Below, piece by piece: positions 24,318-36,885 of a stretch of DNA of 64,000 bases. The DNA comes from Octopus bimaculoides. Its lineage: Eukaryota. The position numbers and the translations under genes are program-made. The first letter of the stretch is position 1. Every line of letters begins with the position of its first letter. The notes beneath the pieces were generated by a model, which was given only the letters and a program-made list of their open reading frames with translations, had not been told where the DNA came from and did not search any database. Where the stretch lies: NCBI RefSeq assembly GCF_001194135.2, contig NC_068991.1:57176535-57240534 (forward strand). The letters are read 5' to 3'.

Positions 24318-24845
24318 ATGAGGCAGTTCAGCAGTGCTACACCAGAAAATTTGCATCAGCGGAACAGCTGAGCTACTGGGAAAGTCTAAAAGAGCTACGG
24401 TTCTACTCCCCGAAGAAAAGACAGGGGAGGTATGCAGTGATATACGTATAGATGATCCTGGAGAAGCTGTCATCAAACATTAGAATTGAATGCTATAATA
24501 GCTCTTAAACTGGACGTCACTGCAATGTTCCAAAAGTCCCAGCTACCCCGTCTAGCATGAGGCTCATGTACTACAATATGTCGGAATTCAATGGCCTACA
24601 ACTATTTAATGCTTGGCCAAGACATCTGAAGATGTAAGAGTAGATGTTTTCAAGAAACACTTTGATCTCCTGCTATCCAAGGTCTCAGATGAACCTATAT
24701 GAAGGCAGGAAAATCAAAACAGAGCAGCACTGTCGAACTCCTTCATTCACCAAAAGCTGATCACAAAAGATTGACCGCTGAAAAGGTAATTACTCTGGTG
24801 GTGCTCTGGCCTAGTCACTACATTTAGGCTGAAACGCATAAAAGA
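24318..24845 (+). mobile_element. CR1-clade LINE 3' end, second copy
   Basis: EAVQQCYTRKFAS..LSYWESLKELRFYS..RYAVIYV..QLFNAWP..VSDEP; homologous to 11930-12312. Confidence 0.85.
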
Positions 24846-24905
24846 ATATTATATACATATATAGACAGATAGACAGACAGATAGATAGACACATAGATAC
24901 AATCT

Positions 24906-24946
<41 letters not shown>

Positions 24947-25005
24947 AATAAGATATATATATATATGTATATATAATATAATATATACATATGTATGTAT
25001 GTATG

Positions 25006-25044
<39 letters not shown>

Positions 25045-25573
25045 NNNNNNNNNNNNNNNNNNNNNNNNNNNNNNNNNNNNNNNNNNNNNNNNNNNNNNNN
25101 NNNNNNNNNNNNNNNNNNNNNNNNNNNNNNNNNNNNNNNNNNNNNNNNNNNNNNNNNNNNNNNNNNNNNNNNNNNNNNNNNNNNNNNNNNNNNNNNNNNN
25201 NNNNNNNNNNNNNNNNNNNNNNNNNNNNNNNNNNNNNNNNNNNNNNNNNNNNNNNNNNNNNNNNNNNNNNNNNNNNNNNNNNNNNNNNNNNNNNNNNNNN
25301 NNNNNNNNNNNNNNNNNNNNNNNNNNNNNNNNNNNNNNNNNNNNNNNNNNNNNNNNNNNNNNNNNNNNNNNNNNNNNNNNNNNNNNNNNNNNNNNNNNNN
25401 NNNNNNNNNNNNNNNNNNNNNNNNNNNNNNNNNNNNNNNNNNNNNNNNNNNNNNNNNNNNNNNNNNNNNNNNNNNNNNNNNNNNNNNNNNNNNNNNNNNN
25501 NNNNNNNNNNNNNNNNNNNNNNNNNNNNNNNNNNNNNNNNNNNNNNNNNNNNNNNNNNNNNNNNNNNNNNNNN

Positions 25574-25604
<31 letters not shown>

Positions 25605-26384
25605 TAGATACTAACATACATACAAGCATACATTTATGCATACATGCATACATACACGCATACGTATATAGTATACATTTATATATATAGATAAATGATA
25701 GACAAGTATATATGTGTGTATATACGTTAATGTTTGTTTGTGTATTTATTACAAACTGCATTGGATTAGCGATGTACTTGCTATCATTTTCTTAAGATAT
25801 ATATCTTGAATGTTTATCTACATGTAAGCTGTCCCATTCAATCTCAACGTGTATCTATCTTATTTCACGGTTAATTTATCAGATACTACAATGTTAGCAA
25901 GACTAGCTAACTGTCTGGTAATCTGCAACATAACATAATTTCGCATATCGATTCAAAATTTATCGCCAGAATTAACCCGAAGATTACTGTATAATTATCT
26001 GTGTACCAGCAGGGATATTCTGGATATGGCGTAGAAGAGTTAAATTATAGATAAGCCTTTGCTTATTAACTTGCTATAAACATTTTTCACCCACAATAGC
26101 TCTCGGCATTTCGATACCAAAATCACCAGCAATCTATCCCCCTTTCATTCACATATATATATATATATATGTGTGTGCATGTGTGTCTGTGTGCATGTGT
26201 GCGCGCGCGCGCGTTCGTATATGTGTGTGTGCGTGCGTGTGTGTATGTGTGTATGTATGTATGTATGTGTGTGTGTGTGTGTGTGTGTGTAGATAGATAA
26301 CTATATAGACAGATACCTCTGGAGTCATATATATATGTGTATATATATATATAAATATATATGTATATATATACACATACATAT

Positions 26385-26439
<55 letters not shown>

Positions 26440-27151
26440 NNNNNNNNNNNNNNNNNNNNNNNNNNNNNNNNNNNNNNNNNNNNNNNNNNNNNNNNNNNNN
26501 NNNNNNNNNNNNNNNNNNNNNNNNNNNNNNNNNNNNNNNNNNNNNNNNNNNNNNNNNNNNNNNNNNNNNNNNNNNNNNNNNNNNNNNNNNNNNNNNNNNN
26601 NNNNNNNNNNNNNNNNNNNNNNNNNNNNNNNNNNNNNNNNNNNNNNNNNNNNNNNNNNNNNNNNNNNNNNNNNNNNNNNNNNNNNNNNNNNNNNNNNNNN
26701 NNNNNNNNNNNNNNNNNNNNNNNNNNNNNNNNNNNNNNNNNNNNNNNNNNNNNNNNNNNNNNNNNNNNNNNNNNNNNNNNNNNNNNNNNNNNNNNNNNNN
26801 NNNNNNNNNNNNNNNNNNNNNNNNNNNNNNNNNNNNNNNGCTTTCATTCTGTATATCATTCTTTCTTGTATACTTTATTTATTCTCTTTATTCTCTCGCT
26901 CCCTATTTTTCTCTATTTCTATTTCTTTCCAGTCGTCTTCCTTTTTTCCCTTTCCATCTTATCTTACTTACTTCCTTTCATTCTTTCTCTTATTCTTTTC
27001 TTTATCTACATTTCATTTGCTTGCTCTCTCCCACCACCTCTCTCTTATTTTCCTCATTATCTTTCGTTTATCGATCACTTACCACTTCATAGTAAATTAT
27101 TTTATACTATCCCACTCTAGAGACAAAAGAAAAATATTATTTCTTATCTAT

Positions 27152-27195
<44 letters not shown>

Positions 27196-27311
27196 TTATC
27201 TATCTAAATACACATGTACATATGTATATGTATATATATACACATACATATATACATGTATATACATATACATGCATATACATATATACATACTTACTTA
27301 TATATATATAT

Positions 27312-27640
27312 ACACACGTCACGTCTGGCTGTACAGCCTTTTTGTTTGTTTATTTCACCGTTTCGTTTTCCTGTCTTGTTTTCCGTCCGCCACTACCCTC
27401 CACGAAAACAATTTAATTTGTGTTCGTGGGAAGAACCATTTTAACGATGCGTACTGCCTTAATTCTTCGAAACGCCGGAGTTTTAATGGTGGCAGCTGAT
27501 GAAGGGGATGTTTCTATGTGGCCTGCTTGTTTGTTGCACCTTGTTTACCATTTTGTCCTTGTTCTTTTGCTACGTCATGTACCTAGTTATGTATCTATAT
27601 GTACATGTAGATGAACGTATATACATACATGTACATATAT
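27312..27640 (+). mobile_element. Interspersed repeat homologous to 62728-63530 (possible Penelope-like terminal repeat)
   Basis: Shares ACCCTCC..AAAA..ATTTAATT..GGGAAG..TCGAAACGC(C)GGAGT..CAGCTGA(T/C)GAAGGGG with the minus strand near 62930-63050. Confidence 0.55.
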
Positions 27641-28076
27641 ATGCATACACTCATATATTGTTTATATATGTATATATATATTTCAAGTCGAAATCTCTGT
27701 ATACCATCTGATATACTCGACATGTCAAGTGTATTTCGTCGTTGTTTTTGTTTTCAAGTTAATGCTTTACAATCGTGTTGCGAACATAAACTAAATTTTC
27801 TGCCACTTCTAACAGTTTTTTGTTTTTTTTTGTTTTTGTATTTGTTCGACTGCAGCCTATTCCAACTCATTCCAATCTGATAATTCCATTTCATGTATAT
27901 TCTAAGAATATGTGAACCATTCCAAAAGGCACCTGTGTTGCTCGTAACCTAACGATATTTTGTTTGGATTCTAGATATATACATTCATACATACCCCTCC
28001 CCTACACACATGTATGTATGCATTATGTGTGTATATGCATGTGTATATATATATATATATATATATTTATACAGGG

Positions 28077-28135
<59 letters not shown>

Positions 28136-28422
28136 NNNNNNNNNNNNNNNNNNNNNNNNNNNNNNNNNNNNNNNNNNNNNNNNNNNNNNNNNNNNNNNNN
28201 NNNNNNNNNNNNNNNNNNNNNNNNNNNNNNNNNNNNNNNNNNNNNNNNNNNNNNNNNNNNNNNNNNNNNNNNNNNNNNNNNNNNNNNNNNNNNNNNNNNN
28301 NNNNNNNNNNNNNNNNNNNNNNNNNNNNNNNNNNNNNNNNNNNNNNNNNNNNNNNNNNNNNNNNNNNNNNNNNNNNNNNNNNNNNNNNNNNNNNNNNNNN
28401 NNNNNNNNNNNNNNNNNNNNNN

Positions 28423-28868
28423 ACTGACATCTCATTTTAACAGATATATTTACCAAAATTACATTAAAAATCTTGGAATACTAAAGAGTAAATTTATTCA
28501 ATAAGATCGCCAGGTCCTCCAGTCGACTTCGGAATTTGCTGTAACACTTCTGGACGGTCTCCTTGTTTAAGTTGTTGAATGCTGCCATAATCCTTGCCTT
28601 CAGTTCATCTTTGGTGTTACAAGGAATTTTTTTTTTGTATCTCACTCAACTGCCTCCCACACATAATAAGCAAGGGTGTTGCGGTTTGCCGATTTAGGTA
28701 GCCAGAGGTTAGGGGTGATGTGGTCGAAGAAATTGTCGGATAACCATGACTGGGTCCTCCTGTTGGTGTGGCATCGTGTAGAGTCCTGTTGCCAGACATA
28801 GGGTCTTCCAGCAGACACCCTCTTGACCCAGAGTACTACCTCCTCCAGGTACTTGATGTAGGCCTGCC
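28423..28868 (-). mobile_element. Tc1/mariner DD37D (maT-like) transposase C-terminus and 3' UTR
   Basis: AYIKYLEEVVLWVKRVSAGRPYVWQQDSTRCHT..WLPKSANRNTLAYYVW..ELKARIMAAF..GDLIE*; 37 residues between QQD and the decayed third D. Confidence 0.88.
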
Positions 28869-28898
28869 GTGTCCCTAAAACATGTACCTAGAGGGACA

Positions 28899-29005
28899 AA
28901 AATCAAACATCCAGTCAACATCATGGCGTTTGGAGTAATCACTTGTGATGGCGACGTTATGCCTCCATTCATCTTCCCACACGGCCTCAGACTCAACACG
29001 TAGGC
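28899..29005 (+). mobile_element. Upstream piece of the same DD37D transposase, inverted
   Basis: KIKHPVNIMAFGVITCDGDVMPPFIFPHGLRLNT*A would directly precede AYIKYL in a transposase reading. Confidence 0.8.
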
Positions 29006-29107
29006 AATACACCGGTAGTGTAATGGATACTTCTATCCCTTAGACGGTTATTTTAACCTCTAACACAGCTAACCTAATTATTTACATGTAATTAAATATG
29101 TGTGTGC

Positions 29108-29222
29108 AGCAGAAGTAACAGAGTGACTTAAGGTTTGGGGATTTCGTACTTTGGCACTCATCGCTTTCATAAGTGCCAACTCACGAAACTCTCGGACCTT
29201 GAGTCACCCTGTTGCTTCTGCT
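29108..29222. other. Long imperfect inverted repeat (51-bp arms, 13-nt loop); candidate structured RNA or MITE
   Basis: Arms 29108-29158 and 29172-29222 align without gaps: 40 Watson-Crick pairs, 6 G.U and 5 mismatches on the + strand. Confidence 0.85.
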
Positions 29223-29375
29223 AAATATTAATAATAATATACATATACTCATGTTTTGAGTTCTATTTTTCCTGTTCGCACGAACATAACATACTTATAT
29301 ATAAATAGTTGTAAAGGACTACCTGGGACTTGCCCTGAAACAAGGTTTGAATGCTGCACGCTCGTACGAACCCGC

Positions 29376-29810
29376 ACGCACACAGACACACACACACACA
29401 CACGCACGCACGCACACACGCATGCACGTACACAAACAGACATACACACGCACGCGCACACACTCACACGCGCGCGCACATGCATGCACACAGGTCCACA
29501 CGAACGCACGCACACGCGCGCACACACACACGCACGCACTCGCGCGCGCACGCACGCACACACACACGTGCACACACATACACAAACAGACATACGCACG
29601 CACACACGCGCACACACTCACGCACACAAACACACACATACACGCACACACACACACAAACACGAACGCATTCACACACACGCACGCACTCATACACACA
29701 CGCACGCACGCACGCACACACGAACGTAGACACACACACACACACACACACACACGAACGCATACACACATGCACACAGACTTACATATGCACACACATT
29801 CACACACACA
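29376..29810. repeat. Degenerate (CA)n/(CACG)n tract
   Basis: Visible repeat; source of many spurious His/Thr and Cys/Val ORFs. Confidence 0.95.
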
Positions 29811-31407
29811 CCCACACCATTTAAATTGTTAAATATACTCCAGCAACCATGTTGGAGTCAACGACATCACAGCGACTAAACTGGGTTTGGAAACGAGGTT
29901 ACAATATGTTTTAAAACAAATAGCTTATGTTCACAATCGGAAACGGAAAACTGATCCGCAAGGAGTTAGCTACAATTTCTATAAATCTTTGCAACTTTTT
30001 CACAACTCTTACCATGTTATTTTGGAATGGTATTAATTAATTGAAATCTGTCGTTTGTTTATTCTTTCAGTTTTCTAAGCTTCTTTTTTTTATATTTTGA
30101 GTCCTATACTTTTTTTGTTGTTGATTTATTTCGTTCCTCGTTATATTTTGTTACTCTGAAAGTCTGTTAGATATACAACAGGTGACACACTTAAAAGCAA
30201 TTTCTCATTCCAGATTGCTTTAAAGTACAAAACTATTTAGTGATAGTGTTAATGAGGTGCTGAAAATCAGATTTCATTCATTTTTTCCCACTTTTAGTTT
30301 GGTATTCTTAAATAGTAATTATGTTCTTACCATCTAGCTTTAACAGTTTTTTTTTTCTCTCAGAATGTTCCAAAACAACAGTTATTTCAAATTTCACTTA
30401 TTCCTTTTTGAAATCTAAACAGGGCGGAATGTCGAGAGAAAAACCAGCAAACTTTCATAATTACTTTAAAATATTCGTTTTTGTAAATTACTTATTTCAT
30501 TTTTTCCCATTTGCATTTGTGTATTTTTTTTCAATAAACGTAGCTTCACAAAGAGATAAGATCATAAAAGAATTTAGAATTAAAATTGGTTATACTGTGT
30601 ATTGTTACACATTGTAATTTAGTCTGTGCTTATTGAGAAAAAGTAAACAATGTGTTATAAATGTATCCAACAAATGAAAATGAAAATCCCGAAGATTGAC
30701 ATAAAGCTATGCTATTTTAGAGGTAGGTAAAAAGGCGATTAAATCTAACGCCTAAGGACGAAAGTCATTCTCAGATATCTCCACGGAACTAGAACAGTTG
30801 AGGCCCTTCAGCTTTTTAGCCACTCATCTAAGGGAAGGTAACTCCTTACAAATCTCGCATCCTGATAATTAGTGGGATCGTAGCACTTGGTTCGCCAGAC
30901 GAATACAAGTATAAAGGCCGAAAAAGCGGGATTAGTTCTGCACAAACCATGCTCACTGTAATAATTAATATTCATCGTGCAGGTTGATCAGAAAATCAAG
31001 ACACCAAAATCATCACTATCATATTGCTTCATAAACCCAGTGATGATAGGGAAAGATGCGACGGAGACAGGTTTAACCCTTGACTCTGTACACAGGTGAC
31101 CATAGGGTGACGCTTGTTTCCCACGGACCAGCACTGTGCAGCTGTGTCTTGCTGGATCCTTATTCGTCCGAGCCTCGAGACAGTCCAACAACACTGGTGA
31201 CGCTTATTTCGTAAATCTGGAAATTATACGAAACGAAGTGTCAATAATAAGCTTTGAAATTCACTTAACACTCAGCACTTGAGAAGTCTCAAATGAGATC
31301 CTTGCTGCTGTTATTGCAGATATAGACATCTCAGACTGAATTTAATGCCCCTATCCCCATCGGAATGAAGTCCAAGCTGCCGAGTTTGAATCGATAGAAA
31401 TAACAAC

Positions 31408-31525
31408 TTATTCTCTTCTAAATTATATCTTATTCTCTTATTCTCTTATTCTCTTATTCTCTTCTAAGTTATGTCTTATTCTCTTCTAAATTATGTCTCA
31501 TTCTCTTATTCTCTTCTAAATTATG
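31408..31525. repeat. Minisatellite of TTATTCTC and TTCTAAATTATGTC units
   Basis: Visible tandem units. Confidence 0.85.
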
Positions 31526-31705
31526 ATGTGGTTTGGGACTTGTATAAAGATGGAACTGGAAAGGTTGGAACATCTTAGATCTTAGACATATTCTGAATGA
31601 TCAGAGATGATATCAGCCTACATAACAGGAACAATGTACAGCCTTTCTTAACAAATGTATTTCGTTACGTTCTGCTATAAATATATAAGAGGCGATCACA
31701 ATTTA

Positions 31706-31919
31706 GTTTCCAGTTTTAGCACAAGACCAGCAATTTCGGGGTAGGGGGAGCGTCAATTACAAAGACTCTAGTGCTCAACTGGTACTTGTTTTATCGACCA
31801 CGAAAGAATGAAATGGAAAGCCAACCGCAGCGGAATTAGAACTGAGAACGTAAAGAAGGACGAAATGCAACTAAACATTTCGTCCGGGTTGCTAAAGATT
31901 GTATCGGCTCGCCGCCTTA
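31706..31919 (-). mobile_element. SINE family B, full length, diverged
   Basis: GCACAAGACCAGCAATTTC tail through GGCTCGCCGCCTTA head on the + strand. Confidence 0.82.
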
Positions 31920-33095
31920 GAGGTGGTCATGATATTGAGTTCAAATTTTGGCACATGGCCAGCAAGTTCAGGAGAGACGTCTATGTAAACAATGCAATCG
32001 GAGAAAAATACGTACAGTAATCCCTCGACAATCGCGGGTGTTACATTCTGAACACCCCACCACGATAGGTGAAAATTCGCGAAGTAGAAACAGTACTGTA
32101 TATTTTTATTTTTTGGATATATCTATTTTATTATAAATGCAAAACAACACCACATAGGAATCGACTTAAGCGACAGGTGAACCGCGGTATGGCGAGGAGT
32201 TACTGTAATGGACATATAGGCGTACATTTGTGGCCAAAAGTTTGGAGCATAAGTCTGAAAATTAGAATTTCTATATTAAATGCCCAAAGTTATATTCAAT
32301 TGTCAGTATATTATTATGTCAATACTTGGCCAAAAGTTTGGAAGATAAATCTGAAAATTAGAATTTTTATGTTAAATGCTGAAATATATACTTTGTATAT
32401 ATTAGAAGCGAATTGTTCTAGGATAAAACAAATTTAATTTAACAAAAGAATGTTTCAAACTTTTAGACACGATTGTATTTCAAGAGTTGTTGTTACTTCT
32501 TCAGCACTACATTCAACTCATTAACTATCCATGATTACATTGCTTCAATAGTCATTAAGTTTAGCGGTGTAACACAATTGGATAAACTAATTTATGTTTT
32601 CAACACATTTATCGCAACTGGTGCGTACATATTAATTGCTGGTAAGGACACCGTTATCATCAGTGGAGCGAATCTACTTGTATAAAAGATAGACTATTCT
32701 CTATGAGGAACTATGAAATTGAACAACCCTAACAAAAACCTCGTAAAAGTAACGAGAAATATGTCACAATTGTGGAAGCCTATTGAACAAAGGAAACATC
32801 ATCTGCATGCAAATATCTGGATATACGCAAAAAGATAGGGTTAGGATATATAAGAGAACCAATAAATGGCTAGAAAATATTCTGGAAAAAAAAAACATAC
32901 AAACAAAATATTAAAAAAACAAAAGAACGAAAACAAAAAGTAGGCACATGTTTTGTAACAGAGTAGGGAGAGAAAATAATAAATTAGTTTTGGTGAGTAC
33001 GATAACAAAAATGTTGATAGCTTTATGTTCTTAGGTGCCACGCCCAATTGTGAAACAGCTAGCAGATTTAAGAAATTAGTCGCAATATTATGCAG

Positions 33096-33304
33096 TTCGG
33101 TGAGCTAGAAGTACCGTAAGCATGTTGGGTAAAATGCTTAGCGGCATTTCGACTGTCTTTACGTTTTGAGTTCAAATTCTGTTGCGGTCGACTTTAGCTT
33201 TTATCCTCGCAGGATAAAATGAATACAAGCTAATTACTGGGGCTGATGTAATCGACTTAACTCCTTTCCCGAAATTACTGACCTTGTGCCAAAATGAGGA
33301 ACTA
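33096..33304 (+). mobile_element. SINE family B
   Basis: AAATGCTTAGCGGCATTTCG..GAGTTCAAATTC..GGTCGACTTT..ACCTTGTGCCAAAAT. Confidence 0.82.
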
Positions 33305-33349
33305 ATATTAACATCATGCAAAATAACAACAATAACAATAAACACTTTT

Positions 33350-33545
33350 GCGATATGCCGCATGGCCTGAAATTTTGTGAGGAGGGTGCCAATCGATTAC
33401 ATTCACCCAGTGCTCAGTGGGTACTTATTGCATCGATCCCGAAAGGACGACAGAAAAAGTCGAACCCGGCAGGATTTGAACTCAGAAAGTAAAAACGGAC
33501 GAAGTCGTCTGGTGTGGCAACTATTCTGCCAGCATGCAGCCTTAA
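33350..33545 (-). mobile_element. SINE family B, tail-to-tail with the previous copy
   Basis: ATCGATCCCGAAAGGA..AAAGTCGA..ATTTGAACTCAG..TTCTGCCAGC..GCCTTA. Confidence 0.8.
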
Positions 33546-33553
33546 TAATGATG

Positions 33554-33595
<42 letters not shown>

Positions 33596-33689
33596 GCAAC
33601 AACAGCCACTAAGGACACATAATGTCAGTTACCCGGTTTCGATTGTGAGCGAGGTTACAACATTCTCGCTAAACGTGAGGTCGGTCCCT

Positions 33690-33870
33690 TATAGGGCTCA
33701 AGGCAGAAATTTTGAGAAGAGTACTCAAACAGTGGGGTCGATGTAGTCGACACCCCTTACATTCTTTTATCGACCCCAAAAAGATGAAAGCCAAATTTGA
33801 CCTCGGTGGGATTTAAGCTCTGAACGTAATACCAGGGGTCATACTGCAAATTATTTTGTGCGTCGTGCGT
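33690..33870 (-). mobile_element. SINE family B, rearranged and diverged
   Basis: TTTATCGACCCCAAAAAGATGAAAGCCAAATTTGACCTCGG. Confidence 0.6.
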
Positions 33871-34154
33871 GTGATTTTTCCCGTTAAAAAATTAACTTCC
33901 GCCTTACTTAAAGAAAAATATAATCAAAAGCCTCCCAGCCCTGAAAAAATTAGTTTAAATAATAAACAAAAGAAATTTATCCCAAGAATTATTAAATCTG
34001 GTTAGCAATTGACATTCGACAGATGCAACGGAATTGCGTCAGAGAGCAGGGTGAATATGGGCGTCAAGATTTTTGACACTTCCCTAGCAAACAATAATTC
34101 TGAAAGAGTTTTTATGCTTGTGAATGGATACATGTGTATACATGCACTCGAATC

Positions 34155-34190
<36 letters not shown>

Positions 34191-34214
34191 TACACACATT
34201 ATATATATGTATGC

Positions 34215-34256
<42 letters not shown>

Positions 34257-34668
34257 TAATATATAATTATATAAAAGGGTGAAGATAAACTCCACCAAAC
34301 ACGCTAGAAACAGACACCAAATGGCTCTAAAAACCACATCTCCGCTAGCATACGCTGAAAGTGAGTATATGAATAAGATTTTTTAAGGGTTAATTATAGA
34401 TCGATTTTTAGATTATGGATGTAAAATCCTCTCCTGTCAGCTGTTTGATATAAATAAATACAAATATTTATACATACCCATACGAACAACATATATCTAT
34501 ACGAGTATATACATATATCTGCATGTATACACTAGTTAAATCTAATTTATTCACCTCAACCACGTGCGTTTACGATCAAAATAATATCGCAGTGAATATA
34601 AATTGATCAAGAGTAATAAAATATATATTTATAGAAACACAGACACACAGACACACACGCGCGCGCGC

Positions 34669-34899
34669 GGGCGAGCTGGCAGAACCGTTAGCACACCGGG
34701 CGAAATGCTTAGCGGTATTTCGTCTGCCCGCTACGTTCTGAGTTCAAATTCCGCCGAGGTCGACTTTGCCTTTCATCCTTTCGGGGTCGATTAAATAAGT
34801 ACCAGTTACGCACTGGGGTCGATATAATCGATTTAATCCGTTTGTCTGTCCTTGTTTGTCCCCTCTGTGTGTAGCCCCTTGTGGGTAGTAAAGAAATAA
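34669..34899 (+). mobile_element. SINE family B, low-divergence copy with a distinct tail, inserted in a (CA)n tract
   Basis: Clean head and core, then TTAATCCGTTTGTCTGTCCTTGTTTGTCCCCTCTGTGTGTAGCCCCTTGTGGGTAGTAAAGAAATA. Confidence 0.9.
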
Positions 34900-34949
34900 C
34901 ACACACACACACAACACAGACACACACACTCACACACTCACACATTTAT

Positions 34950-35092
34950 ATATACCAAATCTACTCACAATGTTTTAGACGGTGCCAGGTTATAGTAGAA
35001 GACACTTGCCCAAGTTACCAAGCAGTGGGACTGAACCTGGAGCCATGTAGTTGAGCAAAAAGCTCCTTACCTCACAACCACGCCTGCACCTA
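34950..35092 (-). mobile_element. SINE family A head
   Basis: ATAGTAGAAGACACTTGCCCAAG..GTGGGACTGAACC..ACCACGCCTGCACCT. Confidence 0.8.
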
Positions 35093-35319
35093 AAAGGAAA
35101 GCAGACCGGTCACCATGTACGTATATGTACGTATGTATGCATGTTTGTATGTATGTATGTATGTATCTATGTATGTATGTATGTGTGTATGTTTGTATGA
35201 GTGTATGCATGCATATATATATTTATGTATGTGTTTATGTGTGTATATATATATATATATATGTACGTACATATGTATGTATATATGTATGTATATATAC
35301 GTATATATGTATGTAATAA

Positions 35320-35390
35320 TAGTTTCAGTCATTGAACTGCGGCCATGATGGGGCAACAGCTTGCAGGGTTTTAGTCGAAAAACGCGACAA
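35320..35390 (-). mobile_element. SINE family A tail
   Basis: GTTTCAGTCATTGAACTGCGGCCATG..TTTAGTCGAA. Confidence 0.6.
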
Positions 35391-35557
35391 TTATACTTGC
35401 TTTAAAATTGTTGAAGTCCGATATTTATCCTAGCGTCTCCTGCGCCTAACGGCTAAAACGTTATATATAAGCGTGTGCGTGAGCGTGTGCGTGTATGTAT
35501 GTACGTGTGCGTTTGCGCGTTTGCTTGTTAGTTTGTATATGTGCGTGTGTGCGTGTG

Positions 35558-35595
<38 letters not shown>

Positions 35596-35955
35596 CGCGC
35601 GCGCGATCTAGGGTTATACAATCCTGCACCAGGTTCTCTGTTACAAGTACCAGTGAAAGAATGAATCGCTGGTGAAAAGTATCGCAGAGTATATTGTTCG
35701 AAAGACTCCATAATAAAATATAATCTCAGACTTCTGCTTCAAGAAACAAGGAAGAACCAAACATTTGGGTAGAATTTACATTAGGTTGCCAACGCAGAGG
35801 AATGTTCTTGTGAAGCACACATTCAATCCATTAGAGACTTATCTTTCTACCCGGCTCACACTCTTCACTTCGAAAATGGCTCATATGTTATTCATTAATT
35901 CGTATACATGGTACGCACCTGTTTGAGAACGGTCAGAAATGTATATAAATACATA

Positions 35956-35990
<35 letters not shown>

Positions 35991-36386
35991 NNNNNNNNNN
36001 NNNNNNNNNNNNNNNNNNNNNNNNNNNNNNNNNNNNNNNNNNNNNNNNNNNNNNNNNNNNNNNNNNNNNNNNNNNNNNNNNNNNNNNNNNNNNNNNNNNN
36101 NNNNNNNNNNNNNNNNNNNNNNNNNNNNNNNNNNNNNNNNNNNNNNNNNNNNNNNNNNNNNNNNNNNNNNNNNNNNNNNNNNNNNNNNNNNNNNNNNNNN
36201 NNNNNNNNNNNNNNNNNNNNNNNNNNNNNNNNNNNNNNNNNNNNNNNNNNNNNNNNNNNNNNNNNNNNNNNNNNNNNNNNNNNNNNNNNNNNNNNNNNNN
36301 NNNNNNNNNNNNNNNNNNNNNNNNNNNNNNNNNNNNNNNNNNNNNNNNNNNNNNNNNNNNNNNNNNNNNNNNNNNNNNNNNNNNNN

Positions 36387-36421
<35 letters not shown>

Positions 36422-36885
36422 CATACATACATACATACATACATACATACACACACACAAACATATATATATACACATATATACATTTATATGTGTGTGT
36501 GAGAGAGAGAGAGGGGGAGTGAGAGAGACAAAGGCAATTTAGAAAGGAAGGAGAGAGTAGGGGGGGTGATCTTTGGTGACAGGAAAGCAAAAACAGTGTA
36601 GAAACGTAGTATAAGAAATGGGCGATGGGATAATGAAGAAAGGGTGCATGAGTTTTAGGGTTATATTTGTGTTATTGTGATGAAGAAAAAGAGAAAAAAA
36701 ACCTCCCGGGTGATATATGTGACAGAAAGTAAAAGAGTAGGAGATAGATAGCTAGATAGAGAGGGAGAGGGCGTAAGGAGTATTGCCTGAAAGAAAGAAA
36801 GACACGTTAAATATAATCATATGGTATAATTATAGTAAAGAAAAATTTTTAAAAAGCATATGAAAAATACGGGTGAACTAATATT

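Noticed and set aside
29150-29172. miR-96/182/183-family seed (TTTGGCACT) in the long hairpin
   Set aside because: The seed sits next to the loop, so a mature strand would run through it, and the rest does not resemble the family
30774-31096. Two + strand exon candidates (30774-30837 and 30983-31096)
   Set aside because: Splice phases are incompatible in the open frames, the donors are weak and no protein family was recognised
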